A stretch of 64,000 nucleotides of DNA from Eledone cirrhosa (Eukaryota). The stretch lies in assembly GCA_964016885.1 (NCBI GenBank), contig OZ024740.1:186558001-186622000 (forward strand). The letters run 5' to 3'. Below the pieces are notes generated by a model. It saw only the letters and a list, made by a program, of their open reading frames with translations, was not told the origin of the DNA and searched no databases. A program made the position numbers and the translations under genes. Below are positions 25,829-41,064 of this stretch, piece after piece; the first letter of the stretch is position 1, and each line of letters begins with the position of its first letter.

Positions 25829-27913
25829 CACAGAGAGTGACCTGGTGGTCGAACAGCATGGTAGATGGGGTAATTAGAGAGAAAAGACTAGCATGGAAGG
25901 CTTAGAAAAATGGTGGGAGTAGAGAAGGAAACACAGCATCTAAGAGATAAGCTTGACATCAGGTGTATTTAGCATGCAGGGAGGCTGAGAGTAGGAGGTT
26001 TGCCAATGTTCTGCGATGGGAAGATCAGAGCCATGTGGTGTTCTGCATTGCAAGGCAGTGTGTCAGTGCAAATCAGGATGTTGTTGGAGATAAGTGTGTC
26101 CGGAATGATGCCGGTGTCATGAATGATCAGAAAAAGGAGGCCTAGAAATGTCATTATGAGAGACTGATGAATATGGAGAACGAATGGGAGAGAGAGAAAT
26201 TATCCCCAGTAGATCAAACAGAGGGACCAGCTATTGAGATTGACGAATATAGGGTCCAAGAGGTGCTTAAGGAAATGAAAAATGGTAAGGCCACTGGACT
26301 GTTGGAGATAGTTGCTAAGATGCTGAAGGCATCAGGGGATGTAGGCACTAAACTAGTTGCACGCATCATCATATGGCGGTGTCATACCCAAAGACTGGTG
26401 CAGCAGTATTCTCATAAATTGCTACAAATGTAAAGGGGATGCTCTGGAGAGGAGCAATTATAGGGGTATAAAATTGATGGATCAGGTTATGAAAGTAGCA
26501 GAAAGGATATTAGTTTAACTAATTAGAGAAAGGGTCAAACTAGATGAGATGCAGTTTTGTTTTGTGCCTGGTAAAAGTACAACAGATGCCCTCTTCTTAG
26601 TGAGACAACTACAAGAGAGGTTCTTGGAGAAGAATAAGCCACTATACGTAGCTTTTGTTGATCTAGAGAAGGCCTTTGATAGGGTACCCCAATCTGTCAT
26701 CTGGGGGTCTCTAAGGAAACTAGGTGTTGAGGAATGGCTTGTGAGGACAGTGCAAGATGTGTACAGAGGTGCTGTCAGTAAAGTCAGGGTAGGAATGGAC
26801 TTTAGTGAGGAATTCCAGATCCAAGTAGGAGTACATCAGGGTTTGGTCCTCAGCCCGCTCTTGTTCATTATAGTCTTCCAAGCCATAACAGAGGAGTTTA
26901 AGACTGGCTGTCCATGGGAACTTCTCTATGCTGACGATCTGGTTCTTATAGCAGAATCAGTAGAGGAGCTAGAGAATAAATTCTCGCTATGGAAACAGCA
27001 GTTGGAATCAAGAGGACCGAGAGTGAACCTAGCTAAGACAAAAGTGTTGGTGAGTAGAAAAGAGGACAAATGTCTGATTCTGTCAGGCAAATGGCCATGT
27101 TCGATATGCAGAAAAGGAACTAGCATAAATTCTATAAAATGTACACAATCCAGATCTTGGGTACACAAGAGATGTAGTGGGATAGCAGGCAAACTAACAG
27201 GTAGGGAGAAATATGTATGCAGTAGATGTACAGGGAAATTTGACAGTAGAAGTTGCATTGATAGACACATTTTTCAAATGCTGGTGGGTTCTATAGAAGT
27301 GGTTGATAGCTTCTGGTACCTAGGTGATCAGATTAGCATGGGAGGGGGGACGTTCCGAGGCCATAGTATCTAGAATAAGGACGGGTTGGAAGAAGTTTAG
27401 GGAGGTGCTTCCTCTGTTGACAAAGAAGGGTTTCTCCCTGCATATGAAAGGACAGTTATATGATGCCTGTGTGAGGTGCGTGATGCTGCATGATAGTGAG
27501 ACATGGGCAGCAACTGTAGAGGATATACAATGGCTGGAGAGAAATGAGGCAAGCATGCTCCGTTGGATGTGCAATGTCAATGTGCGTGAACAACCAAGCA
27601 TGGATGTGTTGAGAGAGAAACTGTGTCTGAGAGGGATAAATTGTAGTGTGGGGGAGAGGAGACTGCGATGGTATGGATATGTGATGCACATGGAGGATGA
27701 CCGATGGGTAAAGAAGTGCCAAGAAATGCCAGTTGAAGGAAGACGTAGTAGAGGAAGACCACAAAAACATGGGCGGAGGGACCTCAGATAGCTGAAGCTC
27801 ATGGTGGAGATGACGAAGGATCTTGACAAGTGGAGAGATGCTGTGCTGAATAGGACACATCCCACCCTTGCAAGTAGGGAAAAGCGGACGTAAAATGATG
27901 ATGATGATGATGA

Positions 27914-27915
<2 letters not shown>
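25829..27915 (+). mobile_element. 5'-truncated, decayed RTE LINE (same family as 10698-13883)
   Basis: Colinear with 11758-13883; RT motifs FVDLEKAFD, GVHQG and LLYADD; (GAT)n tail; multiple stops and frameshifts. Confidence 0.96.
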
Positions 27916-27949
<34 letters not shown>

Positions 27950-28336
27950 TCACTGTTTTATGTCCATTCTTCCATGATAACATGGGTTAGACGATATATA
28001 TATATTTATGAAATACAAATATAATTAGGAAATGAGTTTGGATATTTGAAGCCCGACAATGCATGTGAGATATAAGTAATAAGAATTTGAGAAAACAGAA
28101 CAAAAGATAAAAAGGTGAGAACGACAGGAAGTTGTCTTAGCAATTTTAATTATCCCAAATATTTTCGCATTTAACATCCATTATCAAGGGGAGTCAATGT
28201 GGGAGGGAGGAGGGCATCGGACATAAACCTGGTCAATTTATATATATGTACTCATATATCTATATATCACAAATGATTGGAAAAGCATTCCACAGTGTGG
28301 AAGTAAAATATATATATTAACAGTTTGACTTAATGG

Positions 28337-28640
28337 CACATGACTTAGTGGTTAGAAAGTTGGGCTTGCAATTGAGAGGTTGTGAGTTCGATTCTCAGAC
28401 CTGATGATACGTTGTACCCTTGAGCAAGACATTTAATTTCAGTCAGCTGTAGAAACGAGTTGTGACATCACAGGTGCCAAGCTCTATTGGCTATTGCCTC
28501 TTGAAAAACATTGGTGGTCTGGAGAGGGGAGACTGGTATGCATGGGCAACTACTGGTCTTCCACAAACCAACCTTGCCCAGGCTTGTGGGAAACATTCTA
28601 GATGCAAAACCATGGTCATTAGGGACTGATAGGGGCCTTA
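28337..28640 (+). mobile_element. tRNA-headed SINE with a different body
   Basis: A and B boxes and the CCTTGAGCAAGACA core as at 61561, then unrelated 3' sequence. Related heads occur at about 37600-37710(-), 43460-43575(-), 44850-45105(-), 47970-48250(+) and 56335-56580(-). Confidence 0.75.
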
Positions 28641-29716
28641 AAATACTCCTGTATTACAATTGCTTACGTTATCATATTCCAGTACATCTATGTAACCAAG
28701 AGTAATGTGGGACTAGATAAAATTCTCATTGCACACACATGTGTGTGTGTGTATATATATATATACTATTAATATAGAATAGTGAGCTCATGTGCAGAGA
28801 TGCTATAAAATAGCTTATAACTGAAGACCCTTGAAAGACAGAAAAAAGTTTGTGAGAGTCTGAGAGATCAGTGACGAATGGTGTTCCAGCTGTAACCTTT
28901 TTGTATTTTTGTGTATCTAGGGCTACAGTTTTCAGAGTATTCCTCCTTTTTTTAAGGTGGTAGAGTGGAATTTGAGAAAATTTGGCTTGCATTTCTAACA
29001 GGTCATGTGACTACTCCTGTTTTTGTAATGAAACTTAATGTGCAAAATTTGTTTTTCATGTCTGATGTTTTCATGTCTCCTGTTTTCTTTCTTCCCTATT
29101 CTTTCACCCTTTCATTCTCATTCTTGCCATGTAAAAATTAATACTTACAGCTTTCAGATAAGTATCAATTAAATGCTAAAGGTAGGTAATGTTGGTGTTC
29201 TAGTTAACTAATGTTTGTTTTTGGGGAAAAAACAATAATACTCCTTTAACCCTTTTATGACCATTTTATATTTCCAATAAAATACACAGTGAAATGGCTT
29301 TAATTTATTTTAAAAATAGTCATGACTCTGAAGAGATTTAGTAAAATAACTTTTCACTATTTAGCTGATGTTTGAAACAAAAGTTAACCAAAGATTCTAA
29401 GGTAAATGATGGCAGGTTTAAATTAAGAAAGAACTCTTTGAAACAGGTAGCTTTGGTATGAGTTGAGTATGTACCACCTGCATAGATAACACAAGTAATG
29501 AGAATCATCCACAAGTTACAGCAATCAGCAGATTACAATCCTCATTTTTCTCTCTCTCTTTCTCTTTATCTCACCCACTCTTTCTCTCTCTCTATTTATC
29601 TATCTACTCATTCACTCACATACACATAGAAACAGAGACCTTTCCTTAACAGGTGCACACATACAATCTCTCATCACACACTTTATTTCTCTTTCCACAC
29701 ACAAACACATACACAT

Positions 29717-29717
<1 letters not shown>

Positions 29718-29780
<63 letters not shown>

Positions 29781-29787
29781 TCTCTCA

Positions 29788-29820
<33 letters not shown>

Positions 29821-29861
29821 TCTCTCTCTCTCGATCTATCTATCTATCTATCTATCTATCA

Positions 29862-29899
<38 letters not shown>

Positions 29900-30003
29900 C
29901 TCCTTAAGCATACACACACACACACGTGCTTAAACACCCACATGCTTACACACATACATGCTTACACACATACATGCTTACACACACACGTGCTTACACA
30001 CAT
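29718..30003. repeat. Compound microsatellite (CT)n/(CTAT)n plus a 16-bp minisatellite
   Basis: (CT)n, (TATC)n, then about four units of CACACATACATGCTTA. Confidence 0.92.
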
Positions 30004-31288
30004 AATCAGAGCTTACATACACACACAAACACCCTCGCTCTCTCTGTCTTTACTCCATTTCAACTAAAATGTTAATTCTGTCAAATTGCAATTGTTATTT
30101 GCCATCTTTGTCAAGCCAATTTATGATTTAAAATATAAAACTAAACAACAACAACAAAATGGAAACAACGCCCCTACCCCCGCCACGCACACCACACCAC
30201 ACGACCAAAAAATATTAAAAAGAAAAATGTTAGTAGTTACTAAATTATAAGATTTCAACCTTGGTGTTTTCCCATTCGCTCAATGTTTTATTCATAGTTT
30301 TTACACATGGAGTGGTGTGTGGTGGTTGTAGAAGGGTTAACAACAGGAAATGAATTTCTGTGTGAATCAATTTTACATTTACAGTCTATTCTTTACCTGT
30401 GTTTTGTTATTCACAGCCAAGCAGCTGAATAAACCAATCCAAATCAATTGTAGAACCAAACAAGATATTGAGAGCCACTACAAGGTTGCTAAAGGCAATG
30501 AATTGGCAGAGTCGTTAGAGCATCAGGTACAATGCTTTGCACTATTTGTTATGGCTCTCTACTCACTGAGCTCAAATTCTGCCAAAGTCAATTTTGCCTT
30601 TCATCCATTCGAGGTCAATTAACAAAATAGCAGTCTAGTACTGGTGTTGATTCTTGTTCTATACTTTCTTACTTCCATTCTTTCACTCTCTCTATCCTTC
30701 TCTGGAAGAAATCTATTGTATTCAGCTCTGGAGAGGAAATGAGTTCCACCCGGTTTTAAAAAGTGCCCTAGATATGCTGTATGTCAATGTGGCACCCATA
30801 TGACTTCCTCAGCATTTACAGGTCCATGCATATACAAGGTTGCTAAATTGGCTACAATTAGAAATAACAGCATCAGCAGCAGTAATATCTCTACCACAGC
30901 ATTCCAGCCTATAGTTTGCAGACTTCCGGGTATTAAATTGGCTAGAACTAGGAACACTGTGAAAGAGAGTGAAACAGTGTGACATGGCTAGACATTTGAA
31001 TTAAAGGTACAGTCAATCAAACAGGCTTCCACTCTGTTTCTGTCTACCCAAATTCACTTGCAAAGCCTGCATCACCCCCAGCTAAGGATAAAAAATCACT
31101 TGTCCAAGATACCACACAGATTGGTCAAACCAGTAATTTTCAGGACTGGGAAGTGAAGTTTTTAACCCCTTGTATTCACAAATGAAATCAACATGCTTGT
31201 GGGTTTTCTAAAGGTTGTTTGTAAACTGGCTGAGTCAAGTCATTAGAGAATATGATAGAACGCCTTGCATTATTTCTTTTATTGTCTT

Positions 31289-31960
31289 GGATTGGCAGTA
31301 TCAGTAGAGGGTTGGATGCCATGCTTTCCAACATAGAGTTACGTCCCTTTACGGTATGAGTTCAAATCTCGTCGAGGTTAACTTTGCCTTTCATCCTTAC
31401 GGGTTTGATAAAATGAAGTACCAGTAATGCATTGGGATAATTGCTGGCCTTGTGCCAAAAAGGGAAACAATTATTTCTTTCATTGGCAGTGGATTGGCAG
31501 TATCAGTAGAGCGTCAGACATCATGTTTTCCAACACAGAGGTATGGCCCTTTACGTTCTGAGTTTAAATCCCACTGAGGTTAACTTTGCCTTTCATCCTT
31601 ATGGGGTTGATGAAATAAAGTACCAGTAATGCACTGGCCGTGAGCCAAAAGTAAAAACGATCATTTTTCATTGACAGCATTGGTAAAGCATTGGACAACA
31701 TGCTTTGCAGCATGGAGTTATGTTCTGAGCTCAAATCTCACTGAGGTTAGCTTTGCCTTTCATCCTTACGGGCTCAATGAAATAAAGTACCAGTAATACA
31801 CTGCAGTCTATTTATTCAAATTTCTCCTCCCCCTAAATTGTTGGCCTTGTGCTTAAATAAGAAACTAATATTTCATCTACCTCTCTGCACACTGAGTTCA
31901 AATTCCAGCAAGGTCTAATTTGCCTTGTATCCTTTCAGAGTCAATAAATAAAGTAGCAGC
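31289..31960 (+). mobile_element. Head-to-tail array of three to four Nin-like SINEs
   Basis: Copies at about 31289-31473, 31483-31660, 31675-31868, and a partial one at 31890-31960. Confidence 0.88.
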
Positions 31961-32558
31961 TCAGGGTATTGGATTTGCATCAGATGTAATGACTTGCAAT
32001 ATGTATCTGTTCTGGCCCTTCACATTCATATTGCACATAGGAATTCAGGTTCCACCAGTGACCAGTGCTAACACACAACCTCAACCCAACAGAACACAGA
32101 ACAGCAATTCATTATGAAAGCTGAAATGAGTGGAGGAGGATTATGGCCATCTGCTACTGTAGTTAAACACTAATGATGATGAGTGGTTGAGGAAATATGA
32201 TGTGAAAGAATTATGTGGAAATAACTATGAGGAGGGTAGAGTCTCATAAAAAAAAATAGTATGGTGGAGTGAGAAAAAGAAGGAGAAAAGTCAGAACCAT
32301 TTGACATTACTTGTTATTTTTAATGGTAACTACTTTTAGAAAAATATTTGAACAGCTGAATGTTGCTTGTGTAAATATATATGCATCTCTTTCATTATCT
32401 TCAACCACCATCACTGCTATCATCATTTTCATCGTCCTCCGTCATTATCACTACACACTGCAAACTCTTATGTGATCATTTGGTATTTTAGTGGCTTCAT
32501 TCTCTTGACCCTTCTAAAGAGTCATCAACACTCCAATAAATCATATACCATATATCGT

Positions 32559-32713
32559 TGAGAGAGGGAGAGACAGGCAGACACAGATAAACAGACAGAA
32601 AGGGAGAGACAGACAGACAGAGAGAGAAAGAGAAAGAGAGAGGGAGAGAGAAAGAGAGCGAGAGAGAAAGAGAGCGAGAGAGAAAGAGAGCGAGAGAGAA
32701 AGAGAGAAAGAGA
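32559..32713. repeat. GA-rich compound microsatellite
   Basis: (GA)n, (GACA)n and GAGAGAAAGAGAGC units. Confidence 0.9.
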
Positions 32714-32893
32714 TATTGGTTCATTACATTGTAACAAAACACTTATATACACAAGTCCTACACACTTCACTCTGTGTACATGTGTTTTGTTAATATTGAA
32801 TTTTGGGATTGATATAATTCAAACAAATCAATAGATTAAACCCACACACACCCATACCCATACACATATATATGTGTGTGTGTGTATAGATAG

Positions 32894-32930
<37 letters not shown>

Positions 32931-33871
32931 TAATAAGCTAAGGGAAAAATCTTATGTGGGGCCTATGGTTTGCGTTTGTATAATTAAGTTAAGGGGTGAT
33001 GTGATGAATGTTATATGCAAACTTTCTTAACTGAGATTGGTTTAAAAGGAAGCATGAGACATGAGTTACTCAGGGTTCTCATAGGTGGTAAATGGACAGG
33101 CAAGCATATTTTCATTTACATATCTAGATAGACATACATAAGCATCATTATATTAAGGGTGTTGGATTGGCAGTATCGGTAGAGCATAAGGCACCATACT
33201 TTGCTGCATAGTTATGGCCCTTTACGTTCTGAGTTCAAATTCCACTGAGGTCAACTTTGTCTTTCATCCTTACAGGGTCGATAAAATAAAGTACCAGTAA
33301 TGCACTGGATAATTGCTGGCCTTCTGCCAAAAGTAGAAACAATTATATTAAGGACCACAAACACTGCTGCTACTACTACATAACAAACACTAAAGTTATT
33401 AAATGAGCTGATATTCTAAATAGTCCAGAATCTTATTTTTCATAAAGAGAAAAAAGAAAATTGAATATATGCAGTTTAAATTGGAATATTAGATCTAAGA
33501 ATGGGAATTGTGGGTATCTTGATAGATTTCTCACATAAAAATTTAAAGATTGAAGGCAAATATATCTTTCAAAGATTTATTTTCCTCAATACTTTCTTGA
33601 TTATACTTTTGGAAAATGTTCATCAAAATATATATTAAAGAAGAAAATACAAAATAAAAATGTATCATAATTGATTCAGATTCTAACTACAAATATAAAA
33701 TACATATATATCTATAATTTGAATTGGTAACTGAGTGCAGATAGAGGACTATGGTTTAACTCAGGTGAGGGGCATTAAACTTCATGAACCTCTTTGAAGA
33801 TTGTGTCATGGTTACATATTATACCATACGCACATTAATATATATATATATATATGTATGTATGTATATAT

Positions 33872-33927
<56 letters not shown>

Positions 33928-33935
33928 GCCTATTC

Positions 33936-33973
<38 letters not shown>

Positions 33974-33999
33974 AATATCATCGTCATCTTCATTGTAAT

Positions 34000-34600
34000 T
34001 TTAATGCCTGCTTTCCCTGCTAGCAAGAGTTAGATGGGTTCATTAGAGTCCAACACAGTACTAATGCAGAACCACTGATCTCCCAGGTAGGCCAGGGAAC
34101 TGGTCTTGCCAATATATAATCTCATGTTCCATTGAGTGCTCAGATGAGGTTTTCATGACTTTGACACAACTGAGGGTCCTCCCAACCCTTTGTTTGTCAA
34201 GATTTTTACATATGGATGCCTTTCTTATCACCAACCACTTTACAGCATGTAGTGCGTGTGTTTATTGTATAAATCACCAACACTAAGGAGATTGTCATAT
34301 CCTTGCACGACTGAAGGGTCCTTCCCACCTTTTGTCTGGCAAGCTTTCTATGACTGGATGCCCTTCCTATCACCAACCATTTCACAGTGTGTACTGTGTG
34401 CATTTATTGTGTTGATCACCAACACTAGGGACGATGTCTGAAGGACTTAGGGTCAGTTTTTACAACCTTATCATATCCTGGGTCTGCCTCTTTCATGAGT
34501 CCCAGCCACTTGAGTATCTCTGCATTTCTTTATGCAGCTGCTATCTTCCATGTGCATCACATGGTTATACCAACACAGTCTTTCCTCTTGCACACATGCT
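34000..34600 (-). mobile_element. Old RTE 3' fragment with GGCATCC-motif UTR
   Basis: Decayed RRL.WY.HV coding at about 34540-34595, two GGATGCCYTTCYTATCACCAACC motifs and an RTE-like tail at about 34000-34040. Confidence 0.6.
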
Positions 34601-35085
34601 TACTTATTAGAGAGATTTATTCACAATAGTGTGATTATGAGTTTGATTCCCTGACCGGACAATTCAACTAAAGATAGCCTGCATGGTTCTCACAAGCTAT
34701 CTGTCTACACCTAGCACCATAACTGGGCACTCATACTGATGTTAATATATTGTTCTCAAAATAAATAATATCAAAATCTCATAGATTTAATGTGACATAA
34801 AGCCGTTACCCTGAAAATACAATAGTATATATAGAGTAATGTAAATCCTAAAGGGTTAAATCACTCAATAGGCTAAAATCTATAATTTATAGAGTTTCAA
34901 TTTTCCAAAATTATATTCAGGTGTAAAAATTTACAGTATATTGAAAGTAAGCATTGCAAGCAAAAAATTCATTTTAAAATAAAAATATAATTTCATTTAG
35001 AAATTTGTGCTTATTTTATGGTTTTGTTCTGGCAAAGAAATAGGCATTAATTTATATATATATATTATCACATATATATATATAT

Positions 35086-35390
<305 letters not shown>

Positions 35391-35522
35391 AATAGATTTT
35401 ACAAAATCACACTGCCAGTTGATGCCATATACACCAGGGCAGTGCAAAACCATGCTACTCACTAACTATATACATATATAAAATTCAAATAAAGAATAAA
35501 ATCCCAAAACCTAGTCTTTAAT

Positions 35523-36606
35523 AATAGGACAGCATTCTTCACCATATGAGATGTCATCTGGTGTACCACAGGGATCTGTTCTTGGTCCCCTTTTGTTTGT
35601 GGCATATATTAATGACATAGATGCCAACTTAAAGAATGCCACAGTACTGAAATATGCAGATGACATCAAGCTATACCTTGAAATCAAAAGGACTGATCCT
35701 GAAATCTACAACTCTTTCCTACAATCAGACCTGGACACAATGCAGCAATGGATCACAGACTGGCAACTGAAGCTGGCTGGGGACAAGTGTACCAACATGC
35801 ATTTTGGGCGGAAAAATCAAGCATCCACATACTCCCTCCACAACACTGATATGAAGAATCATCTTATGAACATGACCTGGGCATTACTGTCAGCAGCAAT
35901 TTGCGTTGGACAAAGCATGTCTCTAAGATTGTCGAGAAGGCCGAGGGTGTCTTGGCATCACTCAGCAAGACCTTTGTTAGCCGCTCTTCAGCCATCTATT
36001 TAAAGCTATATACAGCTATGGTACGACCACACTTGGAAATCGCATCATCAGTCTGGAACCCCTATCTTGCTCAGAACATTGACCTCCTGGAAACTGTTCA
36101 GAGACGTGCAACCAAGCGCATACCCTCCATCAGACACCTACCATACTCTGAACACCTTGCTTCCCTGGGCATGGATTCATTGAAGCTCCAACGTCTGGCA
36201 ATGGACTTGGTAAACACCCACAAAGTTATTAACCATCTCGCCAACAACAACCCTGAGCACCTTTTTGATCTCCATGTGTCTAACACATGTGGACATGCCT
36301 ACAAAATCAGAAAACAGCATAGCTCCGATGACTTCCGGAAACATTTTTTCACGCTCAGAGTTGCTGAAGCATGGAACAAACTGCTTGCATCAGTTGTTAG
36401 CTGTCGAAACACTGCATCCTTTAAAACCCTCATGCTTCCCGGAATTCGCCAAAACTACACCTGATGTACCCCTTCCATACAAATGCACACATGTGTATAT
36501 CATGACTCATGCACTGTTCATTTTCCTGACGTTTGTACATTACCCTATGTACTATACATACACTTTTTGATGAGCTGTAGTGCACCTGAGCACTGTACAC
36601 AATATT

Positions 36607-36636
<30 letters not shown>
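35523..36636 (+). mobile_element. CR1-clade LINE 3' fragment
   Basis: SGVPQGSVLGPLLF, KYADDIKL, RPHLE.ASSVWNPY, LETVQRRATK, FRKHFF.LRV..WNKL; frameshift near 35855; (ATT)n tail. A tail copy lies at about 50730-50790. Confidence 0.94.
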
Positions 36637-36637
<1 letters not shown>

Positions 36638-39600
36638 AGAACACTACTAGTCCTACTATCAATGTTATGACACAAGGTCACACATTTGTTTTGTTTAGTT
36701 TTTCGGAGGGGGAAGGGAGAGGATCTGCTTGATTCACCACCTGATTGCTTCTTTGTTTTATTGACCCCAGAAGGATTGAAAGGTGAATATTGATCTTAGT
36801 AAGATTTGAACTCAGAATGTCAACAGTCATAGCTAAATAACATTATTCTCTAATGAATCTGCCAATCCACTGCCATTAGAGTTTGTAAAATTACAAAGGA
36901 AAATTATTTTGAAATTATTGTTTTTATTGATTTTACATCTCCTATCACAATTGTGTTTAGTGGACTGTTTAACTCTGTAAAACCTGGTTAATTATCATCA
37001 GATCACAGTAATTAAGCAATATTGAACCTGGGTAACACTGGAATGAGTACTTGTTTTTAAAGGCCACTTCATACACAAACTCGTGTTCTAACCAGGCAGA
37101 CTTGATGAAGAATTCTTGATTTATATTTTAAAATGTCCATTTTTGTTAAAATTCGATTCATTTATTGTATTCAGATTTAAAAAAAATAGAATTTATGGTT
37201 ATTCATAACCAAAATGTAATAATCAATGCTTCTGATATGATTATTATGAAGTTTTTGTATTCTTTTAATCATACTGTCAGAATGATTTTTCGATAATGCA
37301 GGCTCTAATTTGTACCTTGTTCTCTGAACTGCTGAAAATAATAATTCTATGCATGTAAACCATTCTTCAATTCAGCTTTGAGTTTAATGATTTGCCATAA
37401 ATTTTCCAATGGGTTCAGTCTGATTAATGTTTCAATTTCTTGAGCTTAAAGAATACTTTGAAATTAACGAAGTTGATTGACAGTTTCCCAGTCCTCATTT
37501 GCTTACAGATTAGGGTGGAACTCATCCAAGTGGACCAAAGAAATACTGTTTCCATTGATCTTTCCATTGCTGATACTACCTACCAGTCACAACTCTTGGC
37601 AGAAAGGTCAATGTGAAATAAAGTGTCTTGCTCAAAGACAACACACTGCTCGATCTGAGAGTTGAACTCTCAACCCCACGATTGTGAATTCAATTCTCTT
37701 ACACTAAGCCTTGAAATTGAGTTGACAGAATGAGGAGGATTATCCTGCTGGTATATTGCTTATCTGGTTTGAATATGCAATTATATAAAGGGAAGAAGAT
37801 CTAATTGATAAATTTCTTTCTTTTAATATTACAGAGTGACTAAAACGTCCAAAACAGAATCCTAGTAACAGCTTGTTTCAAAGAGGCACCTGTGGCATAT
37901 CCTCATCAACAAAGCCACAAAATATATGCATTTAGACAGCATAAACCAGATGTGAGCTCTGCAAAAGCACAATTAGCCAGCACCTCAAAAGAAGCTACAG
38001 ACCAGATGTGCCTCACATGTCACTGCTATTTTCATACCTGAATCACTTTCTTCAGCCATCATAAGAAATATAAAATTTTATTAGTTGTGTAAACAATGTA
38101 ATTGTATTCATTAATCACCAATAGATGAATAAAAGCTCAACATCTCTAGTGGTGAATCACCCATACACCCTTATGTTACCGTCATCAATCTTATTGTTAT
38201 GTGTAGGCAATCTTTCTTTTGATCTTGTTTCACATATATATATTAGCCATCCGGGAAGAGTTTAAAGCTTCCTAAAAGATAATCTCTTAGAAAAATTAGA
38301 TATATTTCTTTATACTGCTTTCTGTCAGCAATGTTTGTCTGTTTTTTGTTTTTATTTTGCATTGTTGTTGTTGTTTACATTTTAGTTAATTTGATTGAGA
38401 CAACTTATTACAAAAGCATTCCAATCATGACTACCCTATATTTATATATCCAAAATTTAATTGTTTCACATGTCCTTCCCGTTTTAAGATTACATTGTGG
38501 GATTTGAAGAAGATACTAAATCCTGGTGACCAAATAATCAGATAAAGGCTCCCTTGCCAGTTCAATATTCTTTTGTTTGGATTAATAATTGGAATTATGA
38601 GGTATTGTGGCTCCACTACAAATCCTGGAATCTTTCAGGAACTACTGATGATGTAAGCAGATATATTTTGTCCATTGCTTGCAGTGAAGTTCTTCAATAA
38701 ATAAGTAGTATTCTGCTGCCCATCACTCTTAGCTGATTTTGTAAATCTCCTCTCACTTCTGGAACCCAGAAGTGATAAATTTCGACTTGATTTTAGGTGG
38801 GGGAAAATGCTATTCTGTATATAGTTGTTTTAAAAAAAAGCTATTCCACCTATGGTTGTACATTTTGACTTGATCTTAAGGGAAAAAAAAGCTATTTCAT
38901 GTATGATTGTTAATGGGATGTCAAACTTTGTTTTGGCTTCTTTTAAAAGTCATGCAGCTATGACCTTCATCATGAAATAAAATAATTCTTCTCTTCTTAA
39001 AAGGTGACAAATGTTTATTTCAATTAGTATAAGCCGTCAGTTTTAAAATAGATAGAAACCTTGAACTATCTAATTACACAAAACAATGATAAAATAATAA
39101 CAAATGTGAATGAGAAAGGAGTTGCCACTATAACTCATAACAAAAGTCAAAATCAAGGATGTCAACTGCGGTGGCAACAGAAAAAGACATAAAGGAATAT
39201 AATATAAATAGAAATAGAACAGCTTCTTTTCAATTCTTCTCCACTCTACTCTACCCAACATAATAAATGGCAAGATAATAGAAATTAAATTATAACGAGA
39301 AACCTTTGTTTCTGCTGATGATTTTTGTTGTTGTTTGATTTTTGTAATATATTTTAAAGATTGTTTTCTTTTTGAAAGAGCAAACTTTTTGCAGGTGCTC
39401 TATTTTGTTTCATGTTAGGATGTATGTGTGTGAAGAAAATTGATTATTTTAAGGTTTTTGAAGTTACATGTCATAGTAACTATTATTACCCTGCTTATGA
39501 TTGTAAGGTCAGAATTTGATTCCCAGACCAAGCAACATATTGTGTGCTTCAGCAGGGCATTAGGGAGTTAACCTAATAATGGGTTGGTATCCTGTCAAAA

Positions 39601-41064
39601 GCAGTCTTGTACTCTTGGTTACATTATTCAACATGAAACTAGGATAAGCTCCAGTCTTGAAGAATGCTAGGTAAAGAGAGCTTAGGTGAGATTTGAGCTC
39701 AGAATGTAAAAAGATGCAACACAATATCACAAGGATGTTTTACTAATTTCTAACTGAACAAATTTTAACATTTACATCCAGAAATGGAACATATGAGATA
39801 AATGGTTTCTCCAACCCCTCTAAATATATTTTAGTAACCAGTGATAAATACATATGATGTATGTATAGGTTACAGGTGTATACCTACATAGGTTGTGTAT
39901 ATAGTGAACTTACAAGTAACCAAACAGAATAAAAGGATTAAAACTCAAAGAGAGTAGGTCCTTCAAAATCGTAGGCTCATGCTAACAGGCTCACTTACTC
40001 TCACTTCTATTCTGGCCTTTTATTACCATAACCTAATAGTAATAAGTATTGCATTGTTATGAAAATGCTTTCAAGTAAGATTTATCTCCTATAAAACAGA
40101 AACTGAGAGAAAGTATATTAAGATTTTCGATTATTGCTATTGTTGATGTAAAAAGAGTATCTTAGTAAGAAGCTAAATATCTTGCTAAAAGTTCTGTCAT
40201 GATTATGCAAAAACATATCTGCTAAAATAATGCAAAATGTTTACTGTTGCCTCAAACTCTTAATATGTAGTCTTAGAAAAAGCGATCGTTCTATGTTTTT
40301 GTTTTTTTTTTGTTCATGTCATCAACCACTCTTAATTCTAAAGCTATTAACAGACAACAAATATTTTCCATTTCAAAAACAGTTTGATGCCCAACTGGTG
40401 CCTTACTTCCATTAAAATAATAGAGCAGATTTGTTTCCCTTCCTTAAGAAATAACTGCCTATGTTTTCTATTCTAAGAAACCTTTTTTATTCAAATATTA
40501 GCTATCCATCATGTAAGCTTCTCATATGTTTCTATTTGAAAACTTTTATCATTACATGTATATCCTTTATTCTTCTACCTAGATTTTCTTTCTTTGGAAT
40601 ATTCAACTCACTCTTACATTTAGAGCATTATATCCTTGTAAAGAAGTTAATGAATATGATTACAGAACTGTGTGGCTGTCTCTCTGTGTGGCTTTCTTAG
40701 GGGGTTTGAGGATAGATGCTGCTGTCCTATCAATTGTATCTCCTTAGCCATCTATGCATGCTCTTTTCTCTTTGGATGGACATTTCATAAAGAAGTAGGT
40801 GGGGGCAATAATAAATTAAAAATCTAGTAGACAGATGGGCAAACAAACAAGCAGAGAGACACAGATAACTCAGAGTGGCTGAATATTTAATTATCCAGCA
40901 TTTCTACCTACGTTTGTGTCATTAGTAGATAGTGATATTGATATGGCTTCTTATGCAATAAACATTTCTAAACCATAAATCAATAATTGAATTGTTTCAG
41001 TGAAGAATATGAGACACACACACGTTACAATGTCAATATGTGGGAACGATACTTATTACTTTAA

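Larger units (their letters stand above)
25465..28187. repeat. Inverted repeat of about 250 bp (25465-25720 and 27935-28187) enclosing 2.2 kb
   Basis: The arms are clearly reverse-complementary with scattered mismatches, and both include a short RTE tail. Confidence 0.85.

Noticed and set aside
37833-37940. Candidate exon after a pyrimidine tract and CAG
   Set aside because: Stop codons occur early in all three frames.
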